A DNA stretch of 64,000 bases from a virus. The notes below the pieces were generated by a model. The model worked only from the letters and a program-made list of their open reading frames with translations, was not told the origin of the DNA and did no database searches. Position 1 is the stretch's first letter. Every line of letters begins with the position of its first letter. Shown here in pieces: positions 7,962 to 17,830 of the stretch. Location: positions 6,937 through 70,936 of the IMG/VR virus record IMGVR_UViG_3300003320_000410; one strand, given 5' to 3'. The position numbers were made by a program, and so were the translations under genes.

Positions 7962-8765
7962 TTACGGAAGGGTTTGCTGTGTATTATCCGAATACGTTAT
8001 AAGTATGGATTTTATCGTCTTGGCAATCGGCGGCGGAACAGCTACCGGTGGGGTTACGACGGGAGCGGGTGTCGTAGCTTGTATTACATCGTCATAAATA
8101 TTCAATCCTTTCGGTCCTTTGTAATTATTATCATAGAATTGATTCCACCCGCTATGACCAGCATTGTATGAGATAAAGTCTTCATTGTATCCAGCGCCTT
8201 TCAATAGGACTGTAAAGAATCTTTGCATAGATTGAAAGAATGAGTCTTGCGTACCACAAAATCCTATACTCCGCATTTTGGCCAGTCGGAGATCATTGCC
8301 GCCTAATGAGTCGTTGGGAGAAGTGCCTGCCGATCCGCTCATGGCCATACTCATTACGATTATCCCGGCTATGGGCACATAATGAGCATCATCTTCGCTT
8401 TGGATATATCGCATTACATGGTCGGCTCCATAGGAAAGGCCGGTTAAATAGATTTTGGATTTATCAACGGGGAGATTGCTAATTACGGCCTGAATAGCTG
8501 CTCTTAAAAAGGGAATAGCTGCCGGATTGTTGTATGTTCCGTAGGTATATGGAGTTTGAGCAAAAGCTATTATAAAGTTAGGCGTCCACCCATTTTTAAC
8601 GAAAGCCATTGGCCCATTCACATAGGCTCTTGATGGATCATTACCAGATTCCCCGCTGCCTGGGAACATGATAAATACCGGCAAAGTCCCTGTTGCATTA
8701 TCTGGGACATAATACACCAGATTAAAATTACCAATTGGTGAAGAAAATACTTTTGTCGTTATCAT
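7962..8765 (-). CDS. Alpha/beta hydrolase (esterase/peptidase-like) with Pro-rich C-terminal linker
   Basis: FPGSGE oxyanion region, nucleophile elbow TGLSYGA, candidate Asp (GTQD) and His (AGHSGW). Confidence 0.8.
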   Translation of the reverse strand: MITTKVFSSPIGNFNLVYYVPDNATGTLPVFIMFPGSGESGNDPSRAYVNGPMAFVKNGWTPNFIIAFAQTPYTYGTYNNPAAIPFLRAAIQAVISNLPVDKSKIYLTGLSYGADHVMRYIQSEDDAHYVPIAGIIVMSMAMSGSAGTSPNDSLGGNDLRLAKMRSIGFCGTQDSFFQSMQRFFTVLLKGAGYNEDFISYNAGHSGWNQFYDNNYKGPKGLNIYDDVIQATTPAPVVTPPVAVPPPIAKTIKSILITYSDNTQQTLP

Positions 8766-10375
8766 AACTGTTTCGATTTAAATTTCTTTTTATGAATCCA
8801 CTGCCCAACGCCACTAGGCAACGATACAATTACTTGCGCTTGTACAGTATCTTGTCCGCTGTTATTATCGGATATTAAATCCTGGAATACATATGTGCCG
8901 TTGATCATGTTGGATACACTAACCGTTTGCGAACTAGTATTGGTGAGCGTGGCGGTATTAGGTCCGCTCTTTTGCGTCCAAGAATGGGAGATAATAGAAC
9001 AACAAACGGTATCTACCCCGTTCGCTGCTGGCTGAGAAACAGCAAACACCTTTAACATATTACCGGTGGCTGTAATTGTGGTACTGGACGTACTGATATT
9101 CTGATTGGCTGCATCAACAGTAGGTGGAGTCCCATTATAGGTTTGCGTACGCGCCGTTAATACCGTCACTTGAGTTGGTGAAAGAATATCTAAAGCATCA
9201 TAATGAAACTGATCCATATTAGACCCATCCGGAGTCCAGATATTAGCAGCAAATCCATTGCCCATTACATTTGCTTTATTCCTTCCCCATGAAAATACGC
9301 TATCTAATTGATCTGTGGCATACGTATAAAGTCCGAACCAAGATGTTTTATAAACATGCTTCCAATTTGTTTTTGAACCAATTTGAACTGGGATACCGGT
9401 TGGATGTTCTCCATTAGTAAAAGACCATCCATAATTTGGATAGCCCGGATAATCATATCTCCCAACGAATTCTTGTCCATTTCCCACCTCTCCGAAAGAG
9501 TTCCAACCACATCCATACAGCTTACCGGTTGAGTCTATGTAATGGATGGTATTCCAATCAACCGCCAATTCTTTTATAGGTATGGTTAATCCCCAAAGAC
9601 TTTGAATGGAGGTAGGAGTAGTGAAAGCAGTAGAGCCGCCGTATAGACTTACAGAAGTTCCTGCAACGAAAGGGTAGCCCATTGTTTGAGAACCTGTAGC
9701 AGCAGGCATAAGATACCCCCAAAAATCAACAGCAGCGGAAAATATATCAATTGCGGGGCGAACTGTATTATATATAGTAGGCGTCTGACCTTGTATTCCC
9801 GGCACCCATTTATATACATGCAACCCATCACCTGTTAGTCCCAATATAGTATTACCACCCATCGCCACTTTTTTAAAATGGACTCCGCCCGGTGAAAGCT
9901 GCGTATAATTCATGGTTTGCCCGGTAAATGTTGTTAGATTGCCGCCGGGATAGAAAAGGGAGTAAGCATCTTTCCCGCCATAATAAATAGCAGAGTCAGA
10001 CCCTCGGATATAGGTTTGAGCAGCAGAATAGAAGGTTGCGTAAAAAAGACCTGTTATAGCATTGCCTAAACTATCGGTTGTTAATTCATAAATTCCGTCC
10101 GTTGGGTCTGTAAATATTTTTGTGTACCAGTAATTCCCCGCTTGATCCAATAAAATAGCATAGTTAAATCCACCGGTGGTAAAAGACCAAGATGTTACCC
10201 CTGCTGGCATCGACCATTTCTTTATGAAAGTTCCTCCGTTATTACTATACCCGTACATATTCCCATCTGACATGATGTAGTATACACGGTATTCGCATAC
10301 CAATACACTCTTAACCGTCAATTGAGCTTTAACAGAAAAGGACAGAAACAATAATATAGATAGAATATACTTCAT
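8762..10375 (-). CDS. Signal-peptide protein with RCC1/BLIP-II-like repeats and C-terminal PKD-like domain
   Basis: Start MKYILSILLFLSFSVKA-Q at 10375 (TAATG overlap); YGCGWNSFGEVGNG and FSWGRN repeats; SWTQKSGP...GTYVFQ PKD pattern. Confidence 0.75.
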   Translation of the reverse strand: MKYILSILLFLSFSVKAQLTVKSVLVCEYRVYYIMSDGNMYGYSNNGGTFIKKWSMPAGVTSWSFTTGGFNYAILLDQAGNYWYTKIFTDPTDGIYELTTDSLGNAITGLFYATFYSAAQTYIRGSDSAIYYGGKDAYSLFYPGGNLTTFTGQTMNYTQLSPGGVHFKKVAMGGNTILGLTGDGLHVYKWVPGIQGQTPTIYNTVRPAIDIFSAAVDFWGYLMPAATGSQTMGYPFVAGTSVSLYGGSTAFTTPTSIQSLWGLTIPIKELAVDWNTIHYIDSTGKLYGCGWNSFGEVGNGQEFVGRYDYPGYPNYGWSFTNGEHPTGIPVQIGSKTNWKHVYKTSWFGLYTYATDQLDSVFSWGRNKANVMGNGFAANIWTPDGSNMDQFHYDALDILSPTQVTVLTARTQTYNGTPPTVDAANQNISTSSTTITATGNMLKVFAVSQPAANGVDTVCCSIISHSWTQKSGPNTATLTNTSSQTVSVSNMINGTYVFQDLISDNNSGQDTVQAQVIVSLPSGVGQWIHKKKFKSKQL

Positions 10376-13300
10376 TAATTTTCTTTGTACCAAAACGATG
10401 GGCCAGCGACTATGATAACAGAGCTTCCTGCTGCCACAGTTAAAGAAGTAACAGAAGAAGTGTCGTATATATTATCTGAACCACTCCGAGAAATGGTCAA
10501 ATTACCACTACCTGCATTTTTTATAAAATATTTTCGTCCCTGATTAGCATTAAGAGACGGTAAAGTATATGTGGCTGTTGATCCGTTGAAAACGTAGTCG
10601 GTGGCCGTTGCTAAGGTTATGCTTGTGGAGCCTTCTAATACAAGTCCAATTCCAGGGCTTGCTGATTTCAAATTCCATCTTGTGCCATCAGAGGTGATAT
10701 TATAAGCTCCCCCTGTGGCTAAGGAAGTAATAGAATCATATGGTGAAATATAAAATGCAGATGAGGGCGTCCATTTATTTGTAGACGCTGTGGCATTCTG
10801 TATATATATTCCCAAATCAACACCACTTACATTAGTCGCAGATGGGGATGGTATGGTAACGGTTCTGGTAGCTGTAATATTACCACCCAAATAAAAATCT
10901 CTCGAATCAGAGGTAGTATAATTGGCATCTGTTGTGGTAGCCCCATTACCATATCCTACCGTTCCAAACATCTTTAAAAATCCGTTTTGTCCAACTATAG
11001 GCCATAGCGTTATATTATTAGCCCTCCCCGTAAGTGATCCTATTGGACTTCCAGAAGTTCCCAACAACAAATTAAAACTACCTCCCGACAATGTTCTATT
11101 GGCGGTCAATGTTCCATCTGAATTAAATATATTACTCCCTCCTGTGCCCCCTAAATCAATCCACCCGGACGGGGTTTTTAGCTGTAAAGAATCTACTGTA
11201 GAGTTGTAGATAAGCATCCCGTTTTTCGGCCCGGATACATTCACGGTTACGGTGCTTCCTGAGCCTGTTCCACCCGTTAGCGTTCCGGTCACCGGAGTTC
11301 CTGGGACATAGTTGACACCGCCTTCCACTACATCCGCGCCGATACTACTGCCGCCCGCTAAATAACAGTTTACTACCGCACCAGTACCAATGCCGGGCGT
11401 AGACAGTGTCAGCGTAGGGGCCGCACTCCATGAACCGCCAGTGATGGTAATGGAGCTTACACATCCCATGCTGTCCCGTTGAGCAGTTGTCATCCGAGGC
11501 GGCAAAAAACCTCTGGTTGTGGAGCGCATTTCCACCAGCGCATTCCAGTTGTTCGAGCTATCTCCGCCTATTAATGTTCTTCCGCCTGCTGTGTTGAAAT
11601 AATTGTTGCCGTACTTATTTCTAAGGCCCAATAATTCCGCTCCTCCCTGGCTCGTGATAGTGGGATTGTAATCTATACCACCTAATCTATTACCTCGCTG
11701 GTTTACGCTCGTATTATTAAAAGTGGGCGTCAGGTCCAGGGTTGTGACAGTATCCAATGTCCCGGTCAGGTTATTTACATCGAATTTTATCCGTGTCCCA
11801 GGTGACCTTCCGTTCGATCCGATCTGATTTATACCGGTCGTATAATATTGACCTAAAAAGACCCCGGGAGTATTCGCCGTAGAATAAGTCGCATCCAACC
11901 GAAGCGTATTGCTCACCACGCCAATGCCATATCCTAGAGCGGAAGCAGCTGAGGTGTTACCTGCCTGAAGACTGCCGAAAAAGCTGCCTATACTTGTTGC
12001 GGTTGTTTTTATTGGCGATGTACCGGCAGCAGAATTAACAACCATATTGCCATTTAATGTATCATATCCGCCAATTACCATACCCCCAGACGCGCCGGCA
12101 ACCATTTTGAGTAAATTAGTTGTATCCGCATATCTAAATTGCCCTACTATACGACCCGCATTGAAATCTGGTGCAGTAACTAGCAATGTAGCTATATCCT
12201 GCTGTGCTTTAGTAGACCCGTTATAATTGCTTCTTTTGGTATAATAAATGTTATTATTGGGATTGTTATCCAAATACGACATGATGGAGGAGAATCCAGT
12301 AAACGAAGACCCTGTTACATTGGTTACACTATTAATTTTTATCCATACACTATCAAAAGGCAATGGCGCGATGACATTAAGGGTATCCGTACTTTTAGAG
12401 ATAGTATACCCAGACACACCTCCTATCGTAATGCTTGCTGGACGACTATATCCAGTAAATCCAGCCGGGTCTAATTCGTTGATGAATATAAGTTTTCTTA
12501 AAACCGGCAAGTTGGCCTGCCTAAAGGCAAAATAGGCCAAGCTATCATACCCTGTTTTAGTAGGATGGATATCGTCTGCGATTAAAGCATTATGATGTAT
12601 ATTGTCGAATCCTGCGTCTGTCCGATAGGTGCTATCCCCCCACCACCCTTCATAATCTACTACCGATGCCCCATATTGATCCAAAATACCTAGCCTTAGC
12701 TTGCCATTTACGTATTTAACTTGTTTTAACATTGCTTGATTTGAAAGCGCATCTCCAGGCAGGTTAAATACAACGCATTTAACACCTCTCTGTTGACACT
12801 GGCTTGCCATCCACTCCAAATTCAAAAGAGTTTGGTCGGGAGTAATATTAGCAGGTACGTCGTTTATCCCGGCTATAATCATTACGCATACTGGGCGGCG
12901 GCTTAGCGTTTGTGATCCCCTAGCATCATTCGGGTTACTTACTTCACCAAACGCATCTCGTAAAAATCTTTTTCTTATATCATTAGTAGTTTGTCCCCCA
13001 ATCCCTCTATTTCTCCATGTATAATTAGTGATTTGACTAAGGCGGTAACTTAAAGTTCCGGGCGAATCAGGGTAATCATATTTATAGGTATTTTGAGGGA
13101 CGCCAGACAAAAGCCAATGTTCTGGCCCATGCAAAGCAGGATGCCCTTCCGCCTGGGAATCACCTATTACCACCCCGAATGGAAGCGTTATGTACACGCT
13201 ATCGCCGGTTAATGTACTAGTAAGCCAACCCCCATATTCCGTAGAACCAACAGTTCCCGCACGCGTAGTACTGAATCTATAAACTACGGAATCTATCGAA

Positions 13301-15615
13301 GTGTAGCTATAATTTGTAACCGACGAACCAGCATTCACGCCGTTTGCAAATACCAAGATTTTAGTCTCACTCAGTGGTCGTGGTAATATACCATTAGATG
13401 GCTGATCTTGAATTAAGGTTGTGTCTTGTGCTTTATTGAAGCCATTGCCCATAAAAATATGGGTAGCGGACAAATTAGAGGTCAATTTATTGTTAAATGT
13501 TGACCAATCGGTGCTAGATAATTTACCGGAATGCGTGGGGTCGGCTGTAGGTAAATTAAACGTATGTACCGTACCAGTTGAAGAAATGCCAAAATCCGTC
13601 CCGGTAGTCCCAGTAGCAAATGTTTGCGTTGCTCCGGTAAGCCCATTTAAGGAAGTAATTCCACTTGCCCCCCCGGCTGCCGATATAGTAATAGAACTGT
13701 CTGGATTATGCGTTATAGTTATATTCGTTCCAGCCACAAGGTTATTTAAATATAATGTATCACTCGAAATATTTCCTATTTGAACGCCTGTTCCGGAGAC
13801 TCTATTTTTTACAAATAACGTATCTGGTGCTAAAGAAGCAGGATTGCCGGACCCGTCATACCCTATAATATTACCCGCTGTTCCATTAGCTATTTTCAAA
13901 TTCAATTGATTGGTAGTGGCCGAATCCAATGCTAATAAAGAGCCTACTGTAAATGTCTTTATATTATTCGTATTAGGGAGTGCCCATCTATATCCTGCAC
14001 CTACGTTCGAGTTGGTAGCGCCGCCAGATGCAGCGTTAAGCACCCCAGCCGTCATAGACAATCCTGTACCTAATGTAATTTCCTGATAGTTTCCGGCTGA
14101 TTGCGCACCCAATAATACACTCCCGGCAGAGGCTTGTTGAAATTTGCCGTAGGTAACTTTATTGTTTCCGATAATTAAATTAGGGGTTAAAGACGTTGCA
14201 CCACTAGCAGTTCCTGTTACATCCCCTCCCGCATTAGGGGTAAAAGTAATCGTTTGGTTTGCCGTTAAATAGGTTGAATTATCGTAACTTATGGTCGTAC
14301 CGGAAGCTTTTACAAAACCTGTTCCATTTAATTGATTTTGCTTTAAGCTGTTTTGGTAAAGTGTAGTAAGACCCGTTATAGAGTTTACGGTATCACCTCC
14401 ATAGTTTGGGATATTTAAATTGGGAGAAGAAAAGGTTGCCGCCCCACTTACCCCCGTAGTTGTAAAAACTATTGCGGCCTGTTTCGCATTGAATGTATTA
14501 TAATCTGAATTACTGATGGTGCCGGATGTCACACTGCTAGATGATGCTAATGGTATATTCAGCGTGTGAGTGCTGCCAGAACTTACAAAGGCAGGCGTTG
14601 TCCCGGATGCGCCATTGGCAAAAGTTTGAGTACTTGTAGTGAGGCCATTTAAAGAAGATATACCCCCTCCGCCACCGCCAACAATAATATACCTAAAATA
14701 TCTAGTACCATTTCTGAATTCATACACGCTGTCATTGCTGATGGTTGTACTGTCCACCTTATTATTCCAAGTGTTGAATAGTGTGGGATTGGCGATGCCG
14801 CTTGCAGAAGCGCTTACAGTTGGTATGTTCAAAACAGCCGTTCCGCCTAGATTAGCTGAAGTCGCTCCCCAATTGGGAGCACTACCGGAAGTCCCTATTG
14901 AAAAATTAATAGACGAGTTAGCCAGATTGCCATTAGGTATCCCAGTGGGCAAATCAGCCGTTACCAACGTTCTGAAAGAAGGCGTACCTGGGCTACCTAT
15001 GGATGGCCCAGCAAAGAAAGTATTAGCACTTTGATTGGCTAAATTCATTGTTCCGGTCCATGCCCCCCCACTATTATTAAATGTAACCGGGCTATTGAAC
15101 ACTCCGCTGGGAACCGTAAAAACTAAAGAGCTTATGCCGCCCCCTGATGTTCCCCTTAATAAAACACTCGTCGTAGTTCCATTTAATTGATGGAAATTGA
15201 AAACAGAATCATTGACTCTATAAATAGTATCTACTAAACTCAATGGAACATTTGTAGAGTCCACATACACTTTTACTAAATTACTGTCAGCTACTCCGTT
15301 TCTATACCACCATAAAGTTGTTATACCTCCGGTATATGTTCCGTTCCCATTCAACGTGCCTCCCTGATGTACAGCCATGAATTCATGACCAAAACGGGAT
15401 GCAGATGTTGGCCTATTTAGTCGCACCTCTGTTGTATCCCTAAAATCCCTATACCTGAAATTGATAGTATCATAATACATTAAACGCCCATTAAAGGGGG
15501 CATTTTGAGAAGGGAATATAGCATCATTTATTGGTATGTGTTTGGTCGGTAAGTATCCTTGAGAATACCCAACAATGGATGCGAGAACAAATAATATAGT
15601 TAGTATTTTCTTCAT
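10375..15615 (-). CDS. Tail fibre/spike-like protein (1746 aa) with signal peptide and internal SGNH hydrolase domain
   Basis: G/S/T-rich fibre repeats; SGNH blocks GDSQ, RGIGG, GIND, DIHP; C-terminal TLP...GRKYFIKN fibre domain; N-terminal MKKILTILFVLASIVGYS-Q. Confidence 0.8.
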   Translation of the reverse strand: MKKILTILFVLASIVGYSQGYLPTKHIPINDAIFPSQNAPFNGRLMYYDTINFRYRDFRDTTEVRLNRPTSASRFGHEFMAVHQGGTLNGNGTYTGGITTLWWYRNGVADSNLVKVYVDSTNVPLSLVDTIYRVNDSVFNFHQLNGTTTSVLLRGTSGGGISSLVFTVPSGVFNSPVTFNNSGGAWTGTMNLANQSANTFFAGPSIGSPGTPSFRTLVTADLPTGIPNGNLANSSINFSIGTSGSAPNWGATSANLGGTAVLNIPTVSASASGIANPTLFNTWNNKVDSTTISNDSVYEFRNGTRYFRYIIVGGGGGGISSLNGLTTSTQTFANGASGTTPAFVSSGSTHTLNIPLASSSSVTSGTISNSDYNTFNAKQAAIVFTTTGVSGAATFSSPNLNIPNYGGDTVNSITGLTTLYQNSLKQNQLNGTGFVKASGTTISYDNSTYLTANQTITFTPNAGGDVTGTASGATSLTPNLIIGNNKVTYGKFQQASAGSVLLGAQSAGNYQEITLGTGLSMTAGVLNAASGGATNSNVGAGYRWALPNTNNIKTFTVGSLLALDSATTNQLNLKIANGTAGNIIGYDGSGNPASLAPDTLFVKNRVSGTGVQIGNISSDTLYLNNLVAGTNITITHNPDSSITISAAGGASGITSLNGLTGATQTFATGTTGTDFGISSTGTVHTFNLPTADPTHSGKLSSTDWSTFNNKLTSNLSATHIFMGNGFNKAQDTTLIQDQPSNGILPRPLSETKILVFANGVNAGSSVTNYSYTSIDSVVYRFSTTRAGTVGSTEYGGWLTSTLTGDSVYITLPFGVVIGDSQAEGHPALHGPEHWLLSGVPQNTYKYDYPDSPGTLSYRLSQITNYTWRNRGIGGQTTNDIRKRFLRDAFGEVSNPNDARGSQTLSRRPVCVMIIAGINDVPANITPDQTLLNLEWMASQCQQRGVKCVVFNLPGDALSNQAMLKQVKYVNGKLRLGILDQYGASVVDYEGWWGDSTYRTDAGFDNIHHNALIADDIHPTKTGYDSLAYFAFRQANLPVLRKLIFINELDPAGFTGYSRPASITIGGVSGYTISKSTDTLNVIAPLPFDSVWIKINSVTNVTGSSFTGFSSIMSYLDNNPNNNIYYTKRSNYNGSTKAQQDIATLLVTAPDFNAGRIVGQFRYADTTNLLKMVAGASGGMVIGGYDTLNGNMVVNSAAGTSPIKTTATSIGSFFGSLQAGNTSAASALGYGIGVVSNTLRLDATYSTANTPGVFLGQYYTTGINQIGSNGRSPGTRIKFDVNNLTGTLDTVTTLDLTPTFNNTSVNQRGNRLGGIDYNPTITSQGGAELLGLRNKYGNNYFNTAGGRTLIGGDSSNNWNALVEMRSTTRGFLPPRMTTAQRDSMGCVSSITITGGSWSAAPTLTLSTPGIGTGAVVNCYLAGGSSIGADVVEGGVNYVPGTPVTGTLTGGTGSGSTVTVNVSGPKNGMLIYNSTVDSLQLKTPSGWIDLGGTGGSNIFNSDGTLTANRTLSGGSFNLLLGTSGSPIGSLTGRANNITLWPIVGQNGFLKMFGTVGYGNGATTTDANYTTSDSRDFYLGGNITATRTVTIPSPSATNVSGVDLGIYIQNATASTNKWTPSSAFYISPYDSITSLATGGAYNITSDGTRWNLKSASPGIGLVLEGSTSITLATATDYVFNGSTATYTLPSLNANQGRKYFIKNAGSGNLTISRSGSDNIYDTSSVTSLTVAAGSSVIIVAGPSFWYKEN

Positions 15616-16490
15616 ACCGTGCTTATTGTAATGAGATTCGACGGGTTTACTGTGAAAGGATTTCCTGAACGACTAAATACATACTTCTTACTGTTGAATG
15701 CATTTATTTCAAATACAAATCCAGGAATAGGGCCGTTATCTACTGGTGGGTTATCGAAATGATTTTTGGTTGGTTCGGTATCTGGATATTGTATAACGAT
15801 GTATTTGGCAGAAATAGCTTCCGGGAATTGAATAGGGAATGGATTGCCCGGTGTTACTGTTAAGCTAAATATATATGGTACATTATCTACCCCACTTTCC
15901 AGATCAGCGCTATAATCCGTATCTCCATAGTATACACGTACTACAGTCGCGCTTGTAACGGTCAATGTCGCGATAGACGACGTGGCTGTTTTCCCATTTG
16001 AGTCTACTACTTTCACATAAAAGGTTTTACCGGAGTCAGATAATTGAGCATTTGAGAGCGTATAAACAGATGAGGTAGCACCCGATATTGGGTTACCTAA
16101 TGAATCATACCATTGATAAGAGAAAGGAGAACTTCCCGTAACCGCAACCGAAAAAGAGGCATTTTGCCCCGCCGTTACTGAAATTGAATTAGGCCCAGTT
16201 ATAACCGGTGCTCCCAATGCAATGTTATCTATGATCACCAATGCTTTTTGAAGATACGGCCAGCACAACGCTAATAGGTAATTAGCCATATCATTCATAA
16301 ACTGAGCAGATGATCCGTATGTATAATACCATTCTATGGCTTTACGTTCCATATAAAGCATCTGTGGCAATCTGGGGTCCGTTGGTTTCTTATTGTAGAA
16401 GTCTGCCGCCCGAACATCCTGACTAGCCAATACTTGACAAATCTTAGCTATCTGTATGGTCTCCGGTATGGTATATGGTACGGCTCCCAT
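15612..16490 (-). CDS. Virion accessory protein with immunoglobulin (I-set-like) domain
   Basis: PVITGP..ISVTAGQNASFSVAVTGSSPFSYQWY...DSG.FYV.V pattern. Confidence 0.75.
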   Translation of the reverse strand: MGAVPYTIPETIQIAKICQVLASQDVRAADFYNKKPTDPRLPQMLYMERKAIEWYYTYGSSAQFMNDMANYLLALCWPYLQKALVIIDNIALGAPVITGPNSISVTAGQNASFSVAVTGSSPFSYQWYDSLGNPISGATSSVYTLSNAQLSDSGKTFYVKVVDSNGKTATSSIATLTVTSATVVRVYYGDTDYSADLESGVDNVPYIFSLTVTPGNPFPIQFPEAISAKYIVIQYPDTEPTKNHFDNPPVDNGPIPGFVFEINAFNSKKYVFSRSGNPFTVNPSNLITISTV

Positions 16491-17011
16491 CAGAAATAAA
16501 CTTGTTGATTGCTGATTAAATTATAGGCTTCATCCAATGAATTTTGTGCTAAATATACATCCTGCATTTCGGTTACCGATTGTACGGCATCATCAATAAA
16601 TAATCTCAATTTAGACTTGTTAGAATAAAAATTATTATCGCTCACCAATAATGGATTAGATGCCTGCATGCGCGTAAGCCCGGCGTAAAAGTTCTCACTG
16701 TTGGAAGTGAAGGCATTTAAGATAGTCTGTGTATACGTGCTGGGGCTGGGTAATGGGCTGGAAGATAACCAATCGCATTCTATCCTTAGAGCGTAATCCC
16801 TGTCCAAAAGATTAATAACAATAGAGGATTGAGAAATGGGCCAATCTATGTATGCATTGGACGCGCCAATGGGAGTAAGAGTAGTCCCATCTGCCTTAAA
16901 AAGGTAAACTTTTCGATCAATCAAGCTAGGATCGGTGCCTGTGCTTGTGTCTGTCAAAGTGAAAGATTGATAATCAACCCCTTGCGATATTGAAAAGTTC
17001 CCATTAAACAT
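16490..17011 (-). CDS. Putative virion structural protein
   Basis: Position between head genes and fibres; beta-rich N-terminal half. Confidence 0.55.
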   Translation of the reverse strand: MFNGNFSISQGVDYQSFTLTDTSTGTDPSLIDRKVYLFKADGTTLTPIGASNAYIDWPISQSSIVINLLDRDYALRIECDWLSSSPLPSPSTYTQTILNAFTSNSENFYAGLTRMQASNPLLVSDNNFYSNKSKLRLFIDDAVQSVTEMQDVYLAQNSLDEAYNLISNQQVYF

Positions 17012-17018
17012 TTTTTAT

Positions 17019-17747
17019 TTATTGTAGATATTTAAAAATATATCCTTTGGTTGATTTTTGCCGTCCATTAACAACGAAAGAAATCAAATTTCTATTGATT
17101 GATAATTGTTCTGATGCTTCGTTTATGCAGACATAATCCCTTATCTTATTATTATTTAAATCATACTGTGTTATTGCTTTCCCCCTGAGTTTTGTATTTT
17201 GTTTTTTATATTGAAGCCGCATTTCCTCTGTCATTTTTCTGCCTCTTAATTTAGACGCTCTTTTTTCTTTTGTATACTGAGATTGTCTAACACCAAGAGA
17301 GTTTTGTTTGCCTTTCATGCTTTGAGATATCTTCAATTTAACTTCAGCAGGAATTGTTTTGCCAATATTTCTTTCTCTTGCTTTTTTCCTAAAATCTTCA
17401 GATTTCTTAACTCCCAAAGTCCCGCGCCCCCCTTTGGTCAAATTCATTCCGTTTTGTTCTGGCCATTGTTTTCTAAATGACATCATAGTTCTAATCCAAA
17501 ATATCTCTTTTCCGTTAGCATAATGTATATCGGATTTGAAGGAATCTATAACTTCAAAGGAATGAGACTTGAACCCATATTTAATGATTGATCTGTGTAA
17601 TAATCTTTGATCTTTACTAAATCCTTTTTCATAAAATCGTATTCTTTTTTTTAAATTAGAGGTTAGACCTATATAAATACGACCTTTTGGATTTGTTATT
17701 TTATAAATATCCCAATGTCTAACGATATTAAAATTGGCCTTCAGCAT
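17019..17747 (-). CDS. GIY-YIG homing endonuclease with NUMOD3/NUMOD1-like repeats
   Basis: IYKITNPKGRIYIG; C-terminal ITQYDLNNNKIRDY; start moved to ATG 17747 because 17783 lies inside a terminator. Confidence 0.85.
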   Translation of the reverse strand: MLKANFNIVRHWDIYKITNPKGRIYIGLTSNLKKRIRFYEKGFSKDQRLLHRSIIKYGFKSHSFEVIDSFKSDIHYANGKEIFWIRTMMSFRKQWPEQNGMNLTKGGRGTLGVKKSEDFRKKARERNIGKTIPAEVKLKISQSMKGKQNSLGVRQSQYTKEKRASKLRGRKMTEEMRLQYKKQNTKLRGKAITQYDLNNNKIRDYVCINEASEQLSINRNLISFVVNGRQKSTKGYIFKYLQ

Positions 17748-17760
17748 ATTTGAAATTTTT

Positions 17761-17798
17761 AAAAAAGGGACGGCAACCTGCAAATGCAGTCAGCCATC
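17761..17798 (-). terminator. Intrinsic terminator after head genes
   Basis: GATGGC...CTGCA-TT-TGCAG...GCCGTC then T-run on minus strand. Confidence 0.7.
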
Positions 17799-17830
17799 GG
17801 ATCACTAAGTAAATCAACTTAATAACCAAT

